DNA of 64,000 nt from Prorocentrum cordatum (lineage: Eukaryota). Position 1 is the stretch's first letter, and each line of letters begins with the position of its first letter. The notes under the pieces were generated by a model. It did not search any database and had not been told where the DNA came from. It saw only the letters and a list, made by a program, of their open reading frames with translations. This document shows positions 63,771 to 64,000 of this stretch, piece by piece. Location of the stretch: NCBI GenBank assembly GCA_963575745.1, contig CAUYUJ010000003.1, forward strand, positions 1,364,001 to 1,428,000. Reading direction: 5' to 3'. A program made the translations under genes and the position numbers.

Positions 63771-64000
63771 ACCATCTTTGATCGGGCAGTCCTCGTTGTC
63801 AGGGAGCTCTGATGGAAGCAGTGGGGCAGGTGACCGTTGGCAGTTCTATGCTACATCGGCCAGCCAGCATCGCTCGCGGCGTGCCCAGCATGGGCCCAGA
63901 TTTTGCACGGGCGCTCAAGCCTCCACGGCCGTCGTCGGCAGTTGCAAGCATCAAGTCGATGCTACAGCCCGAGGGGATGGCCGTTCCAGCACGGAGGAAA

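Larger units (their letters stand above)
56350..63910 (+). mobile_element. Near full-length degenerate LINE: ORF1 (RanBP2-like finger, coiled coil); ORF2 RNase H - APE - RT - zinc finger - C5-methyltransferase-like
   Basis: WFCAICGTVN...CTGC; LDGSG...HVTSHMGDPLNEMAD; AGTAESR...GHAP; ADLANTFY, GAPPGAPLGD, HADD, GKTE, YLG; FCGQRRPGDVQ, MEHP, FDQCEFG. Confidence 0.8.

Overview
GC-rich, CpG-rich eukaryotic repeat DNA, most likely dinoflagellate (Prorocentrum-like). That call is inferred from spliced-leader relics and from the retroelement types present. I see no intact host gene. The window is a stack of decayed retroelements, MITE-like elements and satellites. (1) An endonuclease-less, two-ORF Penelope-like element (~3800-9150, minus) has a minimal hammerhead ribozyme in each terminal repeat and is interrupted by a 1.2-kb Helitron-like insert. 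(2) A Copia-type LTR element (~11837-24543, minus) has two LTRs that each contain a dinoflagellate spliced-leader-like 22-mer, and a tRNA-iMet primer-binding site. (3) A DIRS-like tyrosine-recombinase element is nested in it (~17070-22510). (4) A second DIRS-like element (~48030-52763, minus) ends in a cytosine-5 DNA methyltransferase-like domain. (5) A LINE (~56350-63910, plus) has the order RanBP2-like finger / RNase H - APE - RT - zinc finger - DNA methyltransferase-like domain. (6) There is also a ~4.8-kb foldback structure and many tandem repeats. In the motifs I could check across four unrelated elements, decay is mostly by T>C/A>G changes, the reverse of the usual CpG/RIP direction. Domain calls come from motif recognition in frameshifted translations, with no database searches, and boundaries are approximate.
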